Assembly (NCBI GenBank): GCA_033763535.1
Contig: JANRKI010000029.1
Span: 2,886 to 66,885, forward strand
Reading direction: 5' to 3'
DNA length: 64,000 nucleotides
From: Fimbriimonadaceae bacterium
Lineage (GTDB): Bacteria; Armatimonadota; Fimbriimonadia; Fimbriimonadales; Fimbriimonadaceae
The notes beneath the pieces were generated by a model. That model made no database searches and was not told the DNA's origin. It saw only the letters and a list, made by a program, of their open reading frames with translations. The position numbers and the translations under genes are program-made. Of this stretch, positions 28,732 through 38,262 are shown in pieces. How positions within the stretch are numbered: the first letter of the stretch is position 1; each line of letters opens with the position of its first letter.

Positions 28732-30078
28732 TTAGGCGCGGACCGCGTTGTGGAACGTCGGGGTGTAAGCCGGGTCGGGAAAGACCGTACTGAGCGCACT
28801 GTTCTTGAGGCGCTTCGTGACAATCTCGGCCACGATGTCGCGGTAGTCAATCGTGATTCCGAGCGCATTCCCTTCGAACAAGAGCTCTTGGGCCAGGCCT
28901 GGCCACTGGCTCATAACTTGGCCACCGTTGACGTTATGGCCCAGCGCCATCAGCACGTTGCCGCGCCCGTGGTCGGTGCCGTAGTTGCCGTTCTGCTGTA
29001 CGGTTCGGCCGAATTCCGACACGATTACCACGGTTACTCGGTCCATCACACCGGCCGCGTTGAGGTCGGTGTACAGCGCGCGGAGATTGGTACTGAGGCC
29101 CCACATGCCCATGTACATCGGTCCATAGTATTCGAAGGGTGCCTGGTATTCGTGGGTGTCCCATCCGCCGAAGTCAATATGGATAGCTTCAACGCCGATG
29201 TCGGATCGGATAATCGCGGCGGCCGCCTTGGCGGAGTTCCCAAAGTCGTTGCCCGCACCGTAGGTACCGCCGTTATTCGGCATCGGCTGGTTATAGACGG
29301 CTCCGCCCGCCGGAACGTAGCTTTCGAAGTCCAGGCTTCGCAATAGCTCCACGGTTTGGAAGGTGTTCTCGGCGGCATCGCGTAGCGTGGCGTTGGTCGT
29401 TTGATACGCTTCGCGCAGCCAGGCGACGCGGGCATCTTCGGACTCATTCCGTCCGCCGTATCGAGTGTCGTTCAGATCCGACATCGTCGACGTTTTCGGG
29501 CCGCCTTCAAGCGTAAGGGCGAGGTTACCGCTGAGACCGATCGCGCGAATGAGTGAGCCAGCCTTCATCTCGCCGATCGACGCGAGGTGACGACCGAGCC
29601 AGCCCGTCCAAAGGGACTTGTCCGCCTTCCCGGCTTCCATAAACTGCTGGGCGTCGAAGTGCGATCGGGTGTTATCGGTTAAGCCCGTGCCGTGAACGAT
29701 GAGGAAGTGCCCGGCATCGTACAACTCTTTGAGCGGTTGCATCGCGGGTGGCAGTCCGAAGAATCCGTTCAGATCGATGGCTCGATTCGAGTTATTCGTC
29801 TGATCCGGGCGCGGGACGGCGAGGCTGCTGCGATGGTTGTAATACGCCGCATCTCCGTACGGGACGCACATGGTTAATCCGTCGCAACCGCCGCGCAGGT
29901 AAACGCTGATGATGATGTCGCGATCGCCGGGGGCCATGCGGCCGCGGAAGTCGCTCTTGTAAGTGACGCTCGGGACCCAGGCGGGGGCAATGGAGCGAAG
30001 GGCCGCGTAGCTCATCCGGTCGATGAGGCCGCGTCGGCTCAGGTTTTCGTATTCGTTACATCCTCGATTACGTTGCAT
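28732..30078 (-). CDS. DUF1501 domain protein
   Basis: N-terminal CNEYENLSRRG, SVYLRGGCDGL, RSHFDAQQFME, GGWDTHE, SEFGRT..NGNYGTDHG. Confidence 0.88.
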   Translation of the reverse strand: MQRNRGCNEYENLSRRGLIDRMSYAALRSIAPAWVPSVTYKSDFRGRMAPGDRDIIISVYLRGGCDGLTMCVPYGDAAYYNHRSSLAVPRPDQTNNSNRAIDLNGFFGLPPAMQPLKELYDAGHFLIVHGTGLTDNTRSHFDAQQFMEAGKADKSLWTGWLGRHLASIGEMKAGSLIRAIGLSGNLALTLEGGPKTSTMSDLNDTRYGGRNESEDARVAWLREAYQTTNATLRDAAENTFQTVELLRSLDFESYVPAGGAVYNQPMPNNGGTYGAGNDFGNSAKAAAAIIRSDIGVEAIHIDFGGWDTHEYQAPFEYYGPMYMGMWGLSTNLRALYTDLNAAGVMDRVTVVIVSEFGRTVQQNGNYGTDHGRGNVLMALGHNVNGGQVMSQWPGLAQELLFEGNALGITIDYRDIVAEIVTKRLKNSALSTVFPDPAYTPTFHNAVRA

Positions 30079-30087
30079 ATTCGCTCC

Positions 30088-31590
30088 TTAGTGCATTTGG
30101 AATTCGGGGGACGCGAGGGCCAGGCCGTACGCTTCTCGAATCTGGGTCGTTGACGGGTTTGTGCTCATCGTGGCCGCGAGTTGTTGTCGCCGAAGCGGCG
30201 GCATGTTATTGAAGAAGATGCGGTGATCGATGACCGCCATGACCGCGTCGCGCGTGCGTTGCTTCGACAGGGCAAAGATGTCCATTTGGGCATCCCACAG
30301 CCAGTTCATCGGCAACTGGAACGCGAAATACCATCGGGGCCGAAGGTTGTCCACCCACGCGTTCATCGCATCCGGATAACCGTTTGGCGGTGCCCAGTGG
30401 AACGGGGTTTGCTTCATCTTGTAGAACAGCTCCCAGATGAGTGCGTCCGCATCCGTGACAGATGCCCGCGTGGCGCGCAAGCCGGAAATGACGTAGTGGT
30501 ACGGTCGTTTCAGCTTCGGTTTGGCGTGCTTGGCAAAGCGGAAGTCGCGCAGGATATAGCGCAGGACGCTACGGATATCGCCGTTCGAGTTAAGGAACGT
30601 GTAGACGGCACCATCCAGCAGATTCGCTTGACCTTCGTAACTGACAAACTTGCGGATCAGCTTACGGCAGATGTGCCGGGCCGTACCCGGGTGCAGGGCC
30701 ACGCGCTGCAAGACGAGTTCGCCCTGTTCTTGGCCGCCGCTCGGTATGCGGTCGTCGGCGGTGTCGCCCAGGAAGTAGCCGCCGGTGGTGTCGTGCAAAT
30801 CGGGATAGAACTTAAACTGGCCCCACTTGGTATTGGTGGTTTGGTCCCATGGCCAATCGTAGTAGCCGTCCATGCCCCAGCCGGTAAACACTTTTGTCAG
30901 GGTCTTGACATCGCGTTCGGTGTAGCCACCGTCCACGCCCATGCTGTGCAACTCGAGAAACTCCCGCGGAAAGTTTTCGTTGTTGTAACCAATGGTGTTG
31001 TTCAGGTTGTCCAGATACCACATCAGGTTGACGCTTTTCACCACGTTGGTCAGCAACGTATGGAAGTTGCTCAGGGCGTAGCGTCGGATGGTGCGCAGGT
31101 GGGTAGGCAACACTTCGCGGTTAGAATTGTAGATGTACGTGCTGAAGTGGTCCAGCCAAAACTCGACCATCATCTCGTGCAGTTGGCGCTTGCTGTAGAC
31201 CGCGCGGAAGATCTGACTTTGCACGCATTCCCAGTCGGGGTTTACGCCGTCCGGTAGCTCGCGAAGGCACTTGTACGGTGACAGCTGCAGCGATTGAAAC
31301 TGGCGCAGTTTCTGCTCGCATTCCGTATCGAGGATCGCGTTGGGATCCAGTTGCTCGTTTAAGAAGGCTTCGTGGCCAATTTCGGTGTACCGCGCCATAT
31401 CCTCGGGCGTGGGCGCGTACATGATTCGGTTCAGAAATCCGTACGGGCCAAGGCCGCGGTTTTGGGTCGGGACCGGGAACCGCGATTGCGCCTGAGAAAC
31501 GTTAGCGAGGGCCAACGCGCCGACGCCGGCGGCTCCGGCTTGCAACAGTGCCCGGCGTGTGGTGCCAGCGTGCGATGTGGTGGTGGTCAT
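30088..31590 (-). CDS. DUF1800 domain protein with Tat signal
   Basis: TTRRALLQAGAAGVGALALA twin-arginine signal; QLHEMMVEFWLDHF, YLDNLNN, NENFPREFLELHSMG, YTERDV, SPEFQMH. Confidence 0.88.
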   Translation of the reverse strand: MTTTTSHAGTTRRALLQAGAAGVGALALANVSQAQSRFPVPTQNRGLGPYGFLNRIMYAPTPEDMARYTEIGHEAFLNEQLDPNAILDTECEQKLRQFQSLQLSPYKCLRELPDGVNPDWECVQSQIFRAVYSKRQLHEMMVEFWLDHFSTYIYNSNREVLPTHLRTIRRYALSNFHTLLTNVVKSVNLMWYLDNLNNTIGYNNENFPREFLELHSMGVDGGYTERDVKTLTKVFTGWGMDGYYDWPWDQTTNTKWGQFKFYPDLHDTTGGYFLGDTADDRIPSGGQEQGELVLQRVALHPGTARHICRKLIRKFVSYEGQANLLDGAVYTFLNSNGDIRSVLRYILRDFRFAKHAKPKLKRPYHYVISGLRATRASVTDADALIWELFYKMKQTPFHWAPPNGYPDAMNAWVDNLRPRWYFAFQLPMNWLWDAQMDIFALSKQRTRDAVMAVIDHRIFFNNMPPLRRQQLAATMSTNPSTTQIREAYGLALASPEFQMH

Positions 31591-31686
31591 GCGAACGTGT
31601 TCGCGCCGATGCATCGCTTGCGCGGACATCCGAGACGAACTCTCCCCTACCATTTTTGACGCGTTCACCCGAAAATGCGACGACGC

Positions 31687-31712
31687 GTAATTGCGGGTTA
31701 TAACGCAATTAC
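31687..31712. promoter_or_regulatory. Palindromic candidate operator upstream of the DUF1800-DUF1501 operon
   Basis: GTAATTGCG-ggttataa-CGCAATTAC (9-bp perfect arms, 8-bp spacer), AT-rich in a GC-rich background. Confidence 0.55.
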
Positions 31713-31752
31713 CCGCCCGAAGAAGAATTCGACCGTCGCCAACAATCAGTGT

Positions 31753-32775
31753 TTAGGCCGAAAATCGCCACTCGGCAATTTGCACGGCGTTGAGGGCGGC
31801 GCCTTTGCGGAGTTGGTCGCCCGCGATCCACAGGTTCAGCACGCGCGGGTCGTCGCGATCGTGGCGAATTCGACCGACGAGTACATCGTCGCCGTTGGCC
31901 GCCGATCGGGTGGTGGGGAACTGGTTGGCGGCGCGGTCGTCGACCAACCGCAGTCCCGGCGCGCGCTGAATCACGTCGCGGACGGCTTCCACCGCGGGTG
32001 CCGCGTCCGCAAATTCGATGCAAACCGACTCGCAGTGGGCGCGCAGCACGGGTACGCGTACGCAGGTGACGTTGGCCCGCAGGTTTGGCTGGCCCAGGAT
32101 TTTGCGCGTTTCGGCGATGACCTTGGCTTCTTCTTCGTTTTGGCCGTGGTCGTCAATCGCCGTGTTATGGCTAAAGCAGTTGAACGCGTACGGCGGCAGG
32201 CCGTCGGGCCGATCGCCGGCATCGATCCCGGAGCCGTTCGTCAGGTACGCCTGGGTATCCGATTCGAGGTAGCGCATCATGCCCGCGCCGCCTCCGCTGG
32301 CGCTTTGGTACGTGGAGACGACGAGGCGCTCGATGGTCCCGAGCGCGCGGAGGGGGGCGATGGCCATCGTCAGGATGATCGCGGTGCAGTTCGGGACGGA
32401 GTACAGGGTGCGGTCACGCTCGGCCGGACCGAGGTTGATTTCCGGCACGGCCAAGGGCACGTCGGGGTCCATCCGAAACGCGCTGGAGTTGTCGATGACG
32501 ACCGCGCCCGCCGCCCGGGCCGCGGGAACGAGCGCCCGCGATCGCGTGGCACCCGCGCTAAAGAAGGCGATCTCGACGCCGTCGAAGGCATCCGGCGTGG
32601 CCTCGCGCACGGCAATCGCCTCGCCGCGAAAGGTTACGGTGCTGCCTACGGAGCGGGCACTGGCCAGCGCGCGGAGGTCGCGGACCGGGAAATGACGCTG
32701 CTCGAGCACTCGCAGCAATTCGTTACCGACGGCACCCGTCGCCCCGACAATAGCGACTCGCATCCCACGATTCAC
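31753..32775 (-). CDS. asd: Aspartate-semialdehyde dehydrogenase
   Basis: VAIVGATGAVG, VIDNSSAFRM, PNCTA (catalytic Cys), STYQSASGGG, TCVRVPVLRAH, GDQLRKGAALNAVQIAE. Confidence 0.96.
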   Translation of the reverse strand: MNRGMRVAIVGATGAVGNELLRVLEQRHFPVRDLRALASARSVGSTVTFRGEAIAVREATPDAFDGVEIAFFSAGATRSRALVPAARAAGAVVIDNSSAFRMDPDVPLAVPEINLGPAERDRTLYSVPNCTAIILTMAIAPLRALGTIERLVVSTYQSASGGGAGMMRYLESDTQAYLTNGSGIDAGDRPDGLPPYAFNCFSHNTAIDDHGQNEEEAKVIAETRKILGQPNLRANVTCVRVPVLRAHCESVCIEFADAAPAVEAVRDVIQRAPGLRLVDDRAANQFPTTRSAANGDDVLVGRIRHDRDDPRVLNLWIAGDQLRKGAALNAVQIAEWRFSA

Positions 32776-32890
32776 CCCGTAATCTTACTTGCCGAGGCAA
32801 CTTTTCGTGCGAATCAGCGCGGCGCGGTTCACGTTGTACAATGCGCAGACCGCGATGGGGGCATCGGTGCGGAAAGCAGGGGCGGAAGAG

Positions 32891-33784
32891 ATGGAATTGG
32901 GGTTTGACTGCGGGGCGATCGGGCACGCAACGCAGACGCCGGAGTTTCCAGACTTTCGAGAGTTACGCGTTTCACGAATCCAAGGACATGCTTCTAAGAG
33001 CGTGTACGGCGAGTTGCGGTTACCGCGCGATCACTCGGTGCTGGTGTTCAACGAGATGGGGGCGGTGATTGCCCGGCAGACTCCGCGCGGCTCGTTGCTC
33101 CTCATTCCGCCGCAAAGCGTGTTCTATGCGCGATGTGCCCACCTGTACCTTCAGGCCGCGCGCGGCGAGCACCGGGCGATCTTGGTGACGTGGGCGGCCT
33201 CGGCCCTGCCCGTGCTAGAAACGTACGTTCAAACGCGGTTGGTGGCCGAACTGGAACGAGGGATCGTATGTCGGCCGAGCGACCCGGAGTTCAAGCCCGC
33301 CCTGCGGCGGTTGGCCCAGGTGCGCAACGAGTCGTTGCCGCCGGCGATGGGCGAGGTCCTGATGGCGTCGGTGCTGCACGAGGTGCTGGCGCGGCTACTG
33401 CAGGGCGAAAGCGAACTGCAACTCGCGAGCGTGCCGGACGATTTGCCGGAGGCACTGCGCGATCTGATCCGGGCCGTGCGCACCACCCCGTCGGCGCCGT
33501 GGCCGCTGAAGGATGCAGCGGGCCTCGCCGGATACTCGCCATTCCACTTTTCGCGCGTGTTCAAGCAGAGCGTGGGCTACGGTTTTCACGAATACGTGGA
33601 CCGGTGCCGTACGGAGAACGCGGTCCGGCTGCTCATCTCCTCGCCGCAGCCGATCGATGTGATTGCGCAGACCAGCGGATTCGGTACGACGCAAGGCCTG
33701 CGCGAGTCGATCAAAGATTATCTGGGCCTCGTCCCGTCGGAATTGCGCACGCTCACCGAGGCGGGAAGCGAAAATTCTCGCTAA
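32891..33784 (+). CDS. AraC family transcriptional regulator
   Basis: C-terminal double HTH: LKDAAGLAGYSPFHFSRVFKQSVG...IDVIAQTSGFGT; start uncertain (32855 or 32891). Confidence 0.88.
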   Translation: MELGFDCGAIGHATQTPEFPDFRELRVSRIQGHASKSVYGELRLPRDHSVLVFNEMGAVIARQTPRGSLLLIPPQSVFYARCAHLYLQAARGEHRAILVTWAASALPVLETYVQTRLVAELERGIVCRPSDPEFKPALRRLAQVRNESLPPAMGEVLMASVLHEVLARLLQGESELQLASVPDDLPEALRDLIRAVRTTPSAPWPLKDAAGLAGYSPFHFSRVFKQSVGYGFHEYVDRCRTENAVRLLISSPQPIDVIAQTSGFGTTQGLRESIKDYLGLVPSELRTLTEAGSENSR

Positions 33785-33833
33785 ATATCACCGCGAAGGG
33801 CACCGATAACGGAACTTTCGTTCACAAAACGCG

Positions 33834-33876
33834 TATCATTGAGAAACGTTTCGCGAAACGATTCGCGAAACGTTTC
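33834..33876 (+). promoter_or_regulatory. -10 box followed by three tandem LacI-type operator palindromes
   Basis: TATCAT at 33834-33839; GAAACGTTTC at 33843-33852, GAAACGATTC at 33855-33864, GAAACGTTTC at 33867-33876 (12-bp period), immediately upstream of the LacI gene. Confidence 0.8.
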
Positions 33877-33886
33877 GACGGGACCA

Positions 33887-34915
33887 ATGGCGGCCACGAT
33901 CAAAGATATCGCGCGGCGATTAAATATCAGCACTTCCACGGTGAGTTACGCCCTGAATGGCGGACCTCGAACCGTTCCGGAAGAAGTGAAGGAGAGAGTG
34001 CTCTCCGTTGCTCGCGAACTTGGCTATCGTCCCAATCGCATCGCGCGGTCCATGGTGACCCGCCGCACCGCCACCTACGGCGTGGTTCCGACCGAGCCGG
34101 CGATCAACTTGGCGATCAGCCCGTTCTTTCAGATCGTTCTCAACGGCATTCTCAACGCGGCCGAGGACTTCCACCGTGACGTGCTGATCTACACCGGATA
34201 CGACCACCGGGACCTCAAGATTTACACCGATAACCTGCTGGACGGTCGGGCGGACGGACTCATCTTCATCGCACCGCCGCTCGATACGCCGATCTTTCCG
34301 CACATTCGTCGGGCCGGCATCCCGTTCGTCATCACCAATTCGCGGGCGGCAGAAGGCGCGCCGAACATTACGGTCAACAATCGCACCGGCGTGGTCCAGG
34401 CGTTGGAGCATCTGCTGGAGCTTGGCCACCGCAAGATCGGCTTTCTTTACGGAAAGAAGGTCATCGATGACGGCCTGGAGCGATACGAGCAGTTCGTCGA
34501 GTTTTTCCAACGGCGCGGGTTGCCCGTTCGCGAAGACTGGATGTTCGACGGGGACTTCACGCAAAACGGCGGCGAGAGCTGCGCCGGCCCCATCGCCGCC
34601 CTGCGCGACCGTCCAACCGCTTTCTTCTGCGCTAATGACGAAATGGCGGTCGGGCTGATCAACGGCCTGCGCCATCACGGCATCCGCGTGCCGACCGACC
34701 TGAGCGTCGTGGGTTTCGACGACTCCACGATCGCGCACCTCATGCAGCCGCAAATCACCACCGTACGCCAACCGCTCGAAGAGATTGGCGCGGCGGCGGT
34801 ACACGCGCTGCAGGCCTTGATCGAGGGTCGAGAAGCGGCCCCAAGACAGTTTTCCACCCGGCTCGTAGTTAGAGCAAGTTCCGAACGTCCACTGGAGGAC
34901 ACCAAAAAATCATGA
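33887..34915 (+). CDS. LacI family transcriptional regulator
   Basis: [71 protein letters not shown]. Confidence 0.96.
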   Translation: MAATIKDIARRLNISTSTVSYALNGGPRTVPEEVKERVLSVARELGYRPNRIARSMVTRRTATYGVVPTEPAINLAISPFFQIVLNGILNAAEDFHRDVLIYTGYDHRDLKIYTDNLLDGRADGLIFIAPPLDTPIFPHIRRAGIPFVITNSRAAEGAPNITVNNRTGVVQALEHLLELGHRKIGFLYGKKVIDDGLERYEQFVEFFQRRGLPVREDWMFDGDFTQNGGESCAGPIAALRDRPTAFFCANDEMAVGLINGLRHHGIRVPTDLSVVGFDDSTIAHLMQPQITTVRQPLEEIGAAAVHALQALIEGREAAPRQFSTRLVVRASSERPLEDTKKS

Positions 34916-35778
34916 AACGAGCGCAACGCGCATTCACTCTCATTGAACTCCTCGTCGTGATCGCCATCATCGCGATCCTCGCCGCTATCCTCTTCCCGGT
35001 TTTCGCCGAAGCGAAGGCCGCGGCCAAGAACTCGAAGACGGTCAGCAATCTCAAGCAGATCGGTACTGCGTTCGTGCTGTACCAAGCCGACTACGACGAC
35101 ACCTACCAAATGTCGGGCACGATGAACGGCAACGGCGCCTCTTGGGGCACCGGTGCTTGCTCGGCCGCAACTTTCGGTTGCCCGGGCTGGGACACGGTCA
35201 TGTTCCCGTACATGAAGAATTTCGAACTGTTCCGTTCGGACTTCGACCGCGTTCCGACCGGCTTCTCGCCGAACTGGGGCCAAGTCAAGAAGAGCTTCCG
35301 CGTCGCCGGTAACGTCGTTCGCGGTTGGGCGGGCGTCAACACCTGGGACGGCCAAGACTACGGTTGGCAAGGCACGAACGCCACGAGCATCCCGCTTCCG
35401 GCGGATACGATCGTGGTGACCGAGCAACGCAACCCGGCGGTCTACGACTGCACCTGGTGGCCGGGCGCATGGCTGTGGGAGTGCAACGTGTGGTGGAACC
35501 GCTCGTCGAACACCCTGTCGAACCTCGACCCGCTCGCGTGGGGCACGGAAGCTCGACAAACCCACCGCTACACCTCGGGCATCGACTTCGCTCGCGCCCA
35601 ACGCGCCAACTACCTGTACGCGGATAGCCACGTGGGCAATCGCGGCGTCGGCTTCATCTTCCCGGGCTACCAACAACGCCTGAACATGAACTCGCCGGTC
35701 GACCCGACCGTGCGCGGTGTGTGTCTGGACGGCGATCCGTTCCGACCGAACACCAACGACTGTCTGCTCCCGCAGTAA
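34912..35778 (+). CDS. Prepilin-type N-terminal cleavage/methylation domain protein (DUF1559-like)
   Basis: MKRAQRA|[28 protein letters not shown]...[19 protein letters not shown]; C-terminal [10 protein letters not shown]; ATGA overlap with the LacI stop. Confidence 0.92.
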   Translation: MKRAQRAFTLIELLVVIAIIAILAAILFPVFAEAKAAAKNSKTVSNLKQIGTAFVLYQADYDDTYQMSGTMNGNGASWGTGACSAATFGCPGWDTVMFPYMKNFELFRSDFDRVPTGFSPNWGQVKKSFRVAGNVVRGWAGVNTWDGQDYGWQGTNATSIPLPADTIVVTEQRNPAVYDCTWWPGAWLWECNVWWNRSSNTLSNLDPLAWGTEARQTHRYTSGIDFARAQRANYLYADSHVGNRGVGFIFPGYQQRLNMNSPVDPTVRGVCLDGDPFRPNTNDCLLPQ

Positions 35779-35785
35779 GACCGAT

Positions 35786-35813
35786 TGCCGGTGACGCCTC
35801 GGCGTCACCGGCA
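35786..35813 (+). other. Perfect intercistronic hairpin
   Basis: TGCCGGTGACGCC-TC-GGCGTCACCGGCA between the prepilin gene and the small ORF; no U-tract. Confidence 0.75.
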
Positions 35814-35827
35814 CCCCCTTCCAACCG

Positions 35828-36091
35828 ATGAAAAAACCGATTCCAGTCCCGGCCATTATTGGGGCCGTCGTTGTCGTACTCGCGGTCGTCGGGTACTTCT
35901 TCACCCGACAAGATGGCGGTGCGGAATTTCCGAAGCCGAAAACCTCGAACGTCATCCCGCGCTACGTCTGGGACGGCATGAGCCCGGCGATGCAAAAGCA
36001 GATGAAGGATCAGGGCTACACCGTTGGCGACGTGAAGCCAGAAGGCCCGAAGGGCATTCCCGGGGCGGGCGACGCGCCGAAGGCTCCCTAA
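35828..36091 (+). CDS. Small single-TM Pro/Gly-rich protein (prepilin-gene partner)
   Basis: MKKPIPVPAIIGAVVVVLAVVGYFF N-terminal TM, low-complexity tail; coding-like codon usage. Confidence 0.75.
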   Translation: MKKPIPVPAIIGAVVVVLAVVGYFFTRQDGGAEFPKPKTSNVIPRYVWDGMSPAMQKQMKDQGYTVGDVKPEGPKGIPGAGDAPKAP

Positions 36092-36122
36092 CCCGTTTTC
36101 ACTCCGCGTTCACGAGCATTTC

Positions 36123-36157
36123 GGCCGGACTGCCCCTGCGCAGGACCGGCCTTTTTT
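36123..36157 (+). terminator. Rho-independent terminator of the LacI-prepilin operon
   Basis: GGCCGG...CCGGCC stem followed by TTTTTT, between the convergent ends at 36091 and 36163. Confidence 0.65.
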
Positions 36158-36162
36158 GTCCT

Positions 36163-38262
36163 TCACCGCAAGAACGCTTCGTGCAGACCGGCATCGACCG
36201 CCAATACCTGGCCCGTGGTGAGCGCGAACCGGTCGGAGGCAAGCGCGTAAAGGGCGTCGGCGACGGCCGAGGGCGTGACCGGACGCTTCAGCAACGTGCG
36301 CTGGGCGTAGAACTCGGCCAAACGATCCCGCAGCTCCTCGTCCGACATCTCGGGCGCGTGCGGAATGTTGTACTTGGCCAACGACGACAGGACCCGGTCG
36401 CGCGGGAACATCTGTGACCCGGCAACCACGGTCGCCGGAGCCACCGCGTTCACACGGATGCTCGGCGCGAACTCCACCGCGAGCTCTCGCACGAGGTGGT
36501 TGACCGCCGCCTTGCTCGTGTCGTACGCCAGAGAGCCTTTCTTCGCGACCACCGCGTTGGCGCTACTCACCAGCACGATGCTGCCCGGCAGGCCCTGATC
36601 TCGCATGAGGCGGGCGGATTCTTCCGCGACGATCGCGGTGCCGACGAGGTTGATCTCGTACGTCTTGGTCCAGAGCGCGTCATCAAGGTGACCGGTGGCG
36701 TCGGGCGGAAAGAATACGGCGGCCAGATTCACCACGGTGTCGAGCCCGCCCCAGCGTCGCGCGACGGCATCCAGCGCGGCGCGTACCGATTCGCGCTTCG
36801 TGATGTCCAGCGTCACGCCCATCACGCGGTCGGGGTCCAACGCGGCAAACTTCGCGACGGCCGCGTCGACGAGGTCCGACTTCAGGTCCGCGATCGCCAC
36901 GGCGGCGTCTTGCGCCAGCAGCCGTTCGATGGTCGCCCAGCCGATACCCGGCCCGGCGCCGATGACGAGGGCGATTTTGCGCGCCATTTCGCGTTCCGGC
37001 GGCATCCGGCGGAGCTTGGCTTCTTCGAGCAGCCAATACTCAATGTTGAAGGCCTCTTGCTCGGGAAGGGCGGTATAGCGCGAGATCGTCTCGGCTCCCC
37101 GCATCACGGCGACAGCGTTTCGGTAGAACTCGCCGGTGACGCGGGCTTCCTTCGCGTTCTTGTTGAATGCGATCATGCCGACTTCTGGAATCAGGACCAC
37201 GCTCGGGTTCGGATTCCGCATCGCGGGACTATCCGCGTGGCGGCACCGATCGTAGTACGCCGCGTATCCGGCTCGAAACTCGGCGAGGGCCGCGTCGACA
37301 TCCGCTTCCGTTGCGTCGGGTTGCAGCACCATCGGCCGAATCTTCGTACGGAGGAAGTGATCGGGACAGCTGGTGCCCAGCGCGGTCAGCGCACCCGCTT
37401 TCTCACGGGCGAGAAAATCGAGCACGGCCTCCGAGCGATCCACATTTGCGATGAGCGGCTTGCCCTCGAAGGCGGTCTTGCCCCGGAGCATTGGAAGCAA
37501 TCGGCGCAGGACGGCGTCTTGGTCTTCCGGTGATCGCGCCACGGCGGTCCGCACGATCGGGCCGAATGGATGGGTGGTTTCGCGGGCGGCCAAGAACTCG
37601 ACCGCGTCATTGATCAGTTCAATGGTCAGCGCGTAGGCGGATTCCCAATCGTTGGCCCAGCAAATGAACCCGTGGCTGCCCATCATCGCGCCGACCGCGT
37701 GGGGGTTCGCGCGCAGGCCGTCGCGCAGCATCAGCCCGAGTTCGAACCCCGGTCGCTTCCACGGGAGCCAAAACATCCGGTCGCCGTAGCATTCCGCGGT
37801 GAGTTGCTCGCCGTGCTCGGCGGCGGCGATGGCGATCACAGCGTCGCTGTGCATGTGCGAGACGGCGGGGAACGGCACGTAGGCATGCAACGGCGTGTCG
37901 ATGCTGGGCGCGGCCGGGTTCATGTTGAACGTCGCCATGGCGTACAGCGGCACCAGCGCATCTTCCGCGACCCCGGCGTCGTACCGGGCCTCCAGAGCGA
38001 GCAGCTTGGCCTGGTACAGCGAGGCGAAGTTCGCGCGCTTGGCACTGCCGAGATCGCCGCCGGACGCCTTAACCCAGAGCACCTCCACCGATTCGCCGGT
38101 GAGTGGGTCGGTCGCCGCGACCTTGAGGCTTGTATTGCCGCCGCCGAAATTGGTGACGCGCGGGTCGGAGCCCAGCAGGTTCGACGCGTAAACAAGCTGG
38201 TCCACAGCGTCTTGCGGAGCGTCTTCGGGGCGCCACAGCGAGGGCAAACGGTCGGCCATCAT
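36163..38262 (-). CDS. Bifunctional rhamnulose-1-phosphate aldolase / short-chain dehydrogenase (RhaEW-like)
   Basis: LLGSDPRVTNFGGGNTSLK, PSIDTPLHA, HMHSDA, GTSCPDHFLRTKI, EYWLLEEAKL, SDR with YDTSKAA. Confidence 0.92.
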   Translation of the reverse strand: MMADRLPSLWRPEDAPQDAVDQLVYASNLLGSDPRVTNFGGGNTSLKVAATDPLTGESVEVLWVKASGGDLGSAKRANFASLYQAKLLALEARYDAGVAEDALVPLYAMATFNMNPAAPSIDTPLHAYVPFPAVSHMHSDAVIAIAAAEHGEQLTAECYGDRMFWLPWKRPGFELGLMLRDGLRANPHAVGAMMGSHGFICWANDWESAYALTIELINDAVEFLAARETTHPFGPIVRTAVARSPEDQDAVLRRLLPMLRGKTAFEGKPLIANVDRSEAVLDFLAREKAGALTALGTSCPDHFLRTKIRPMVLQPDATEADVDAALAEFRAGYAAYYDRCRHADSPAMRNPNPSVVLIPEVGMIAFNKNAKEARVTGEFYRNAVAVMRGAETISRYTALPEQEAFNIEYWLLEEAKLRRMPPEREMARKIALVIGAGPGIGWATIERLLAQDAAVAIADLKSDLVDAAVAKFAALDPDRVMGVTLDITKRESVRAALDAVARRWGGLDTVVNLAAVFFPPDATGHLDDALWTKTYEINLVGTAIVAEESARLMRDQGLPGSIVLVSSANAVVAKKGSLAYDTSKAAVNHLVRELAVEFAPSIRVNAVAPATVVAGSQMFPRDRVLSSLAKYNIPHAPEMSDEELRDRLAEFYAQRTLLKRPVTPSAVADALYALASDRFALTTGQVLAVDAGLHEAFLR

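Noticed and set aside
33843-33876. Short tandem repeats as a mini-CRISPR or iteron array
   Set aside because: Units are 10 bp with 2-bp spacers, and there are no cas or rep genes; a LacI operator explains them better.
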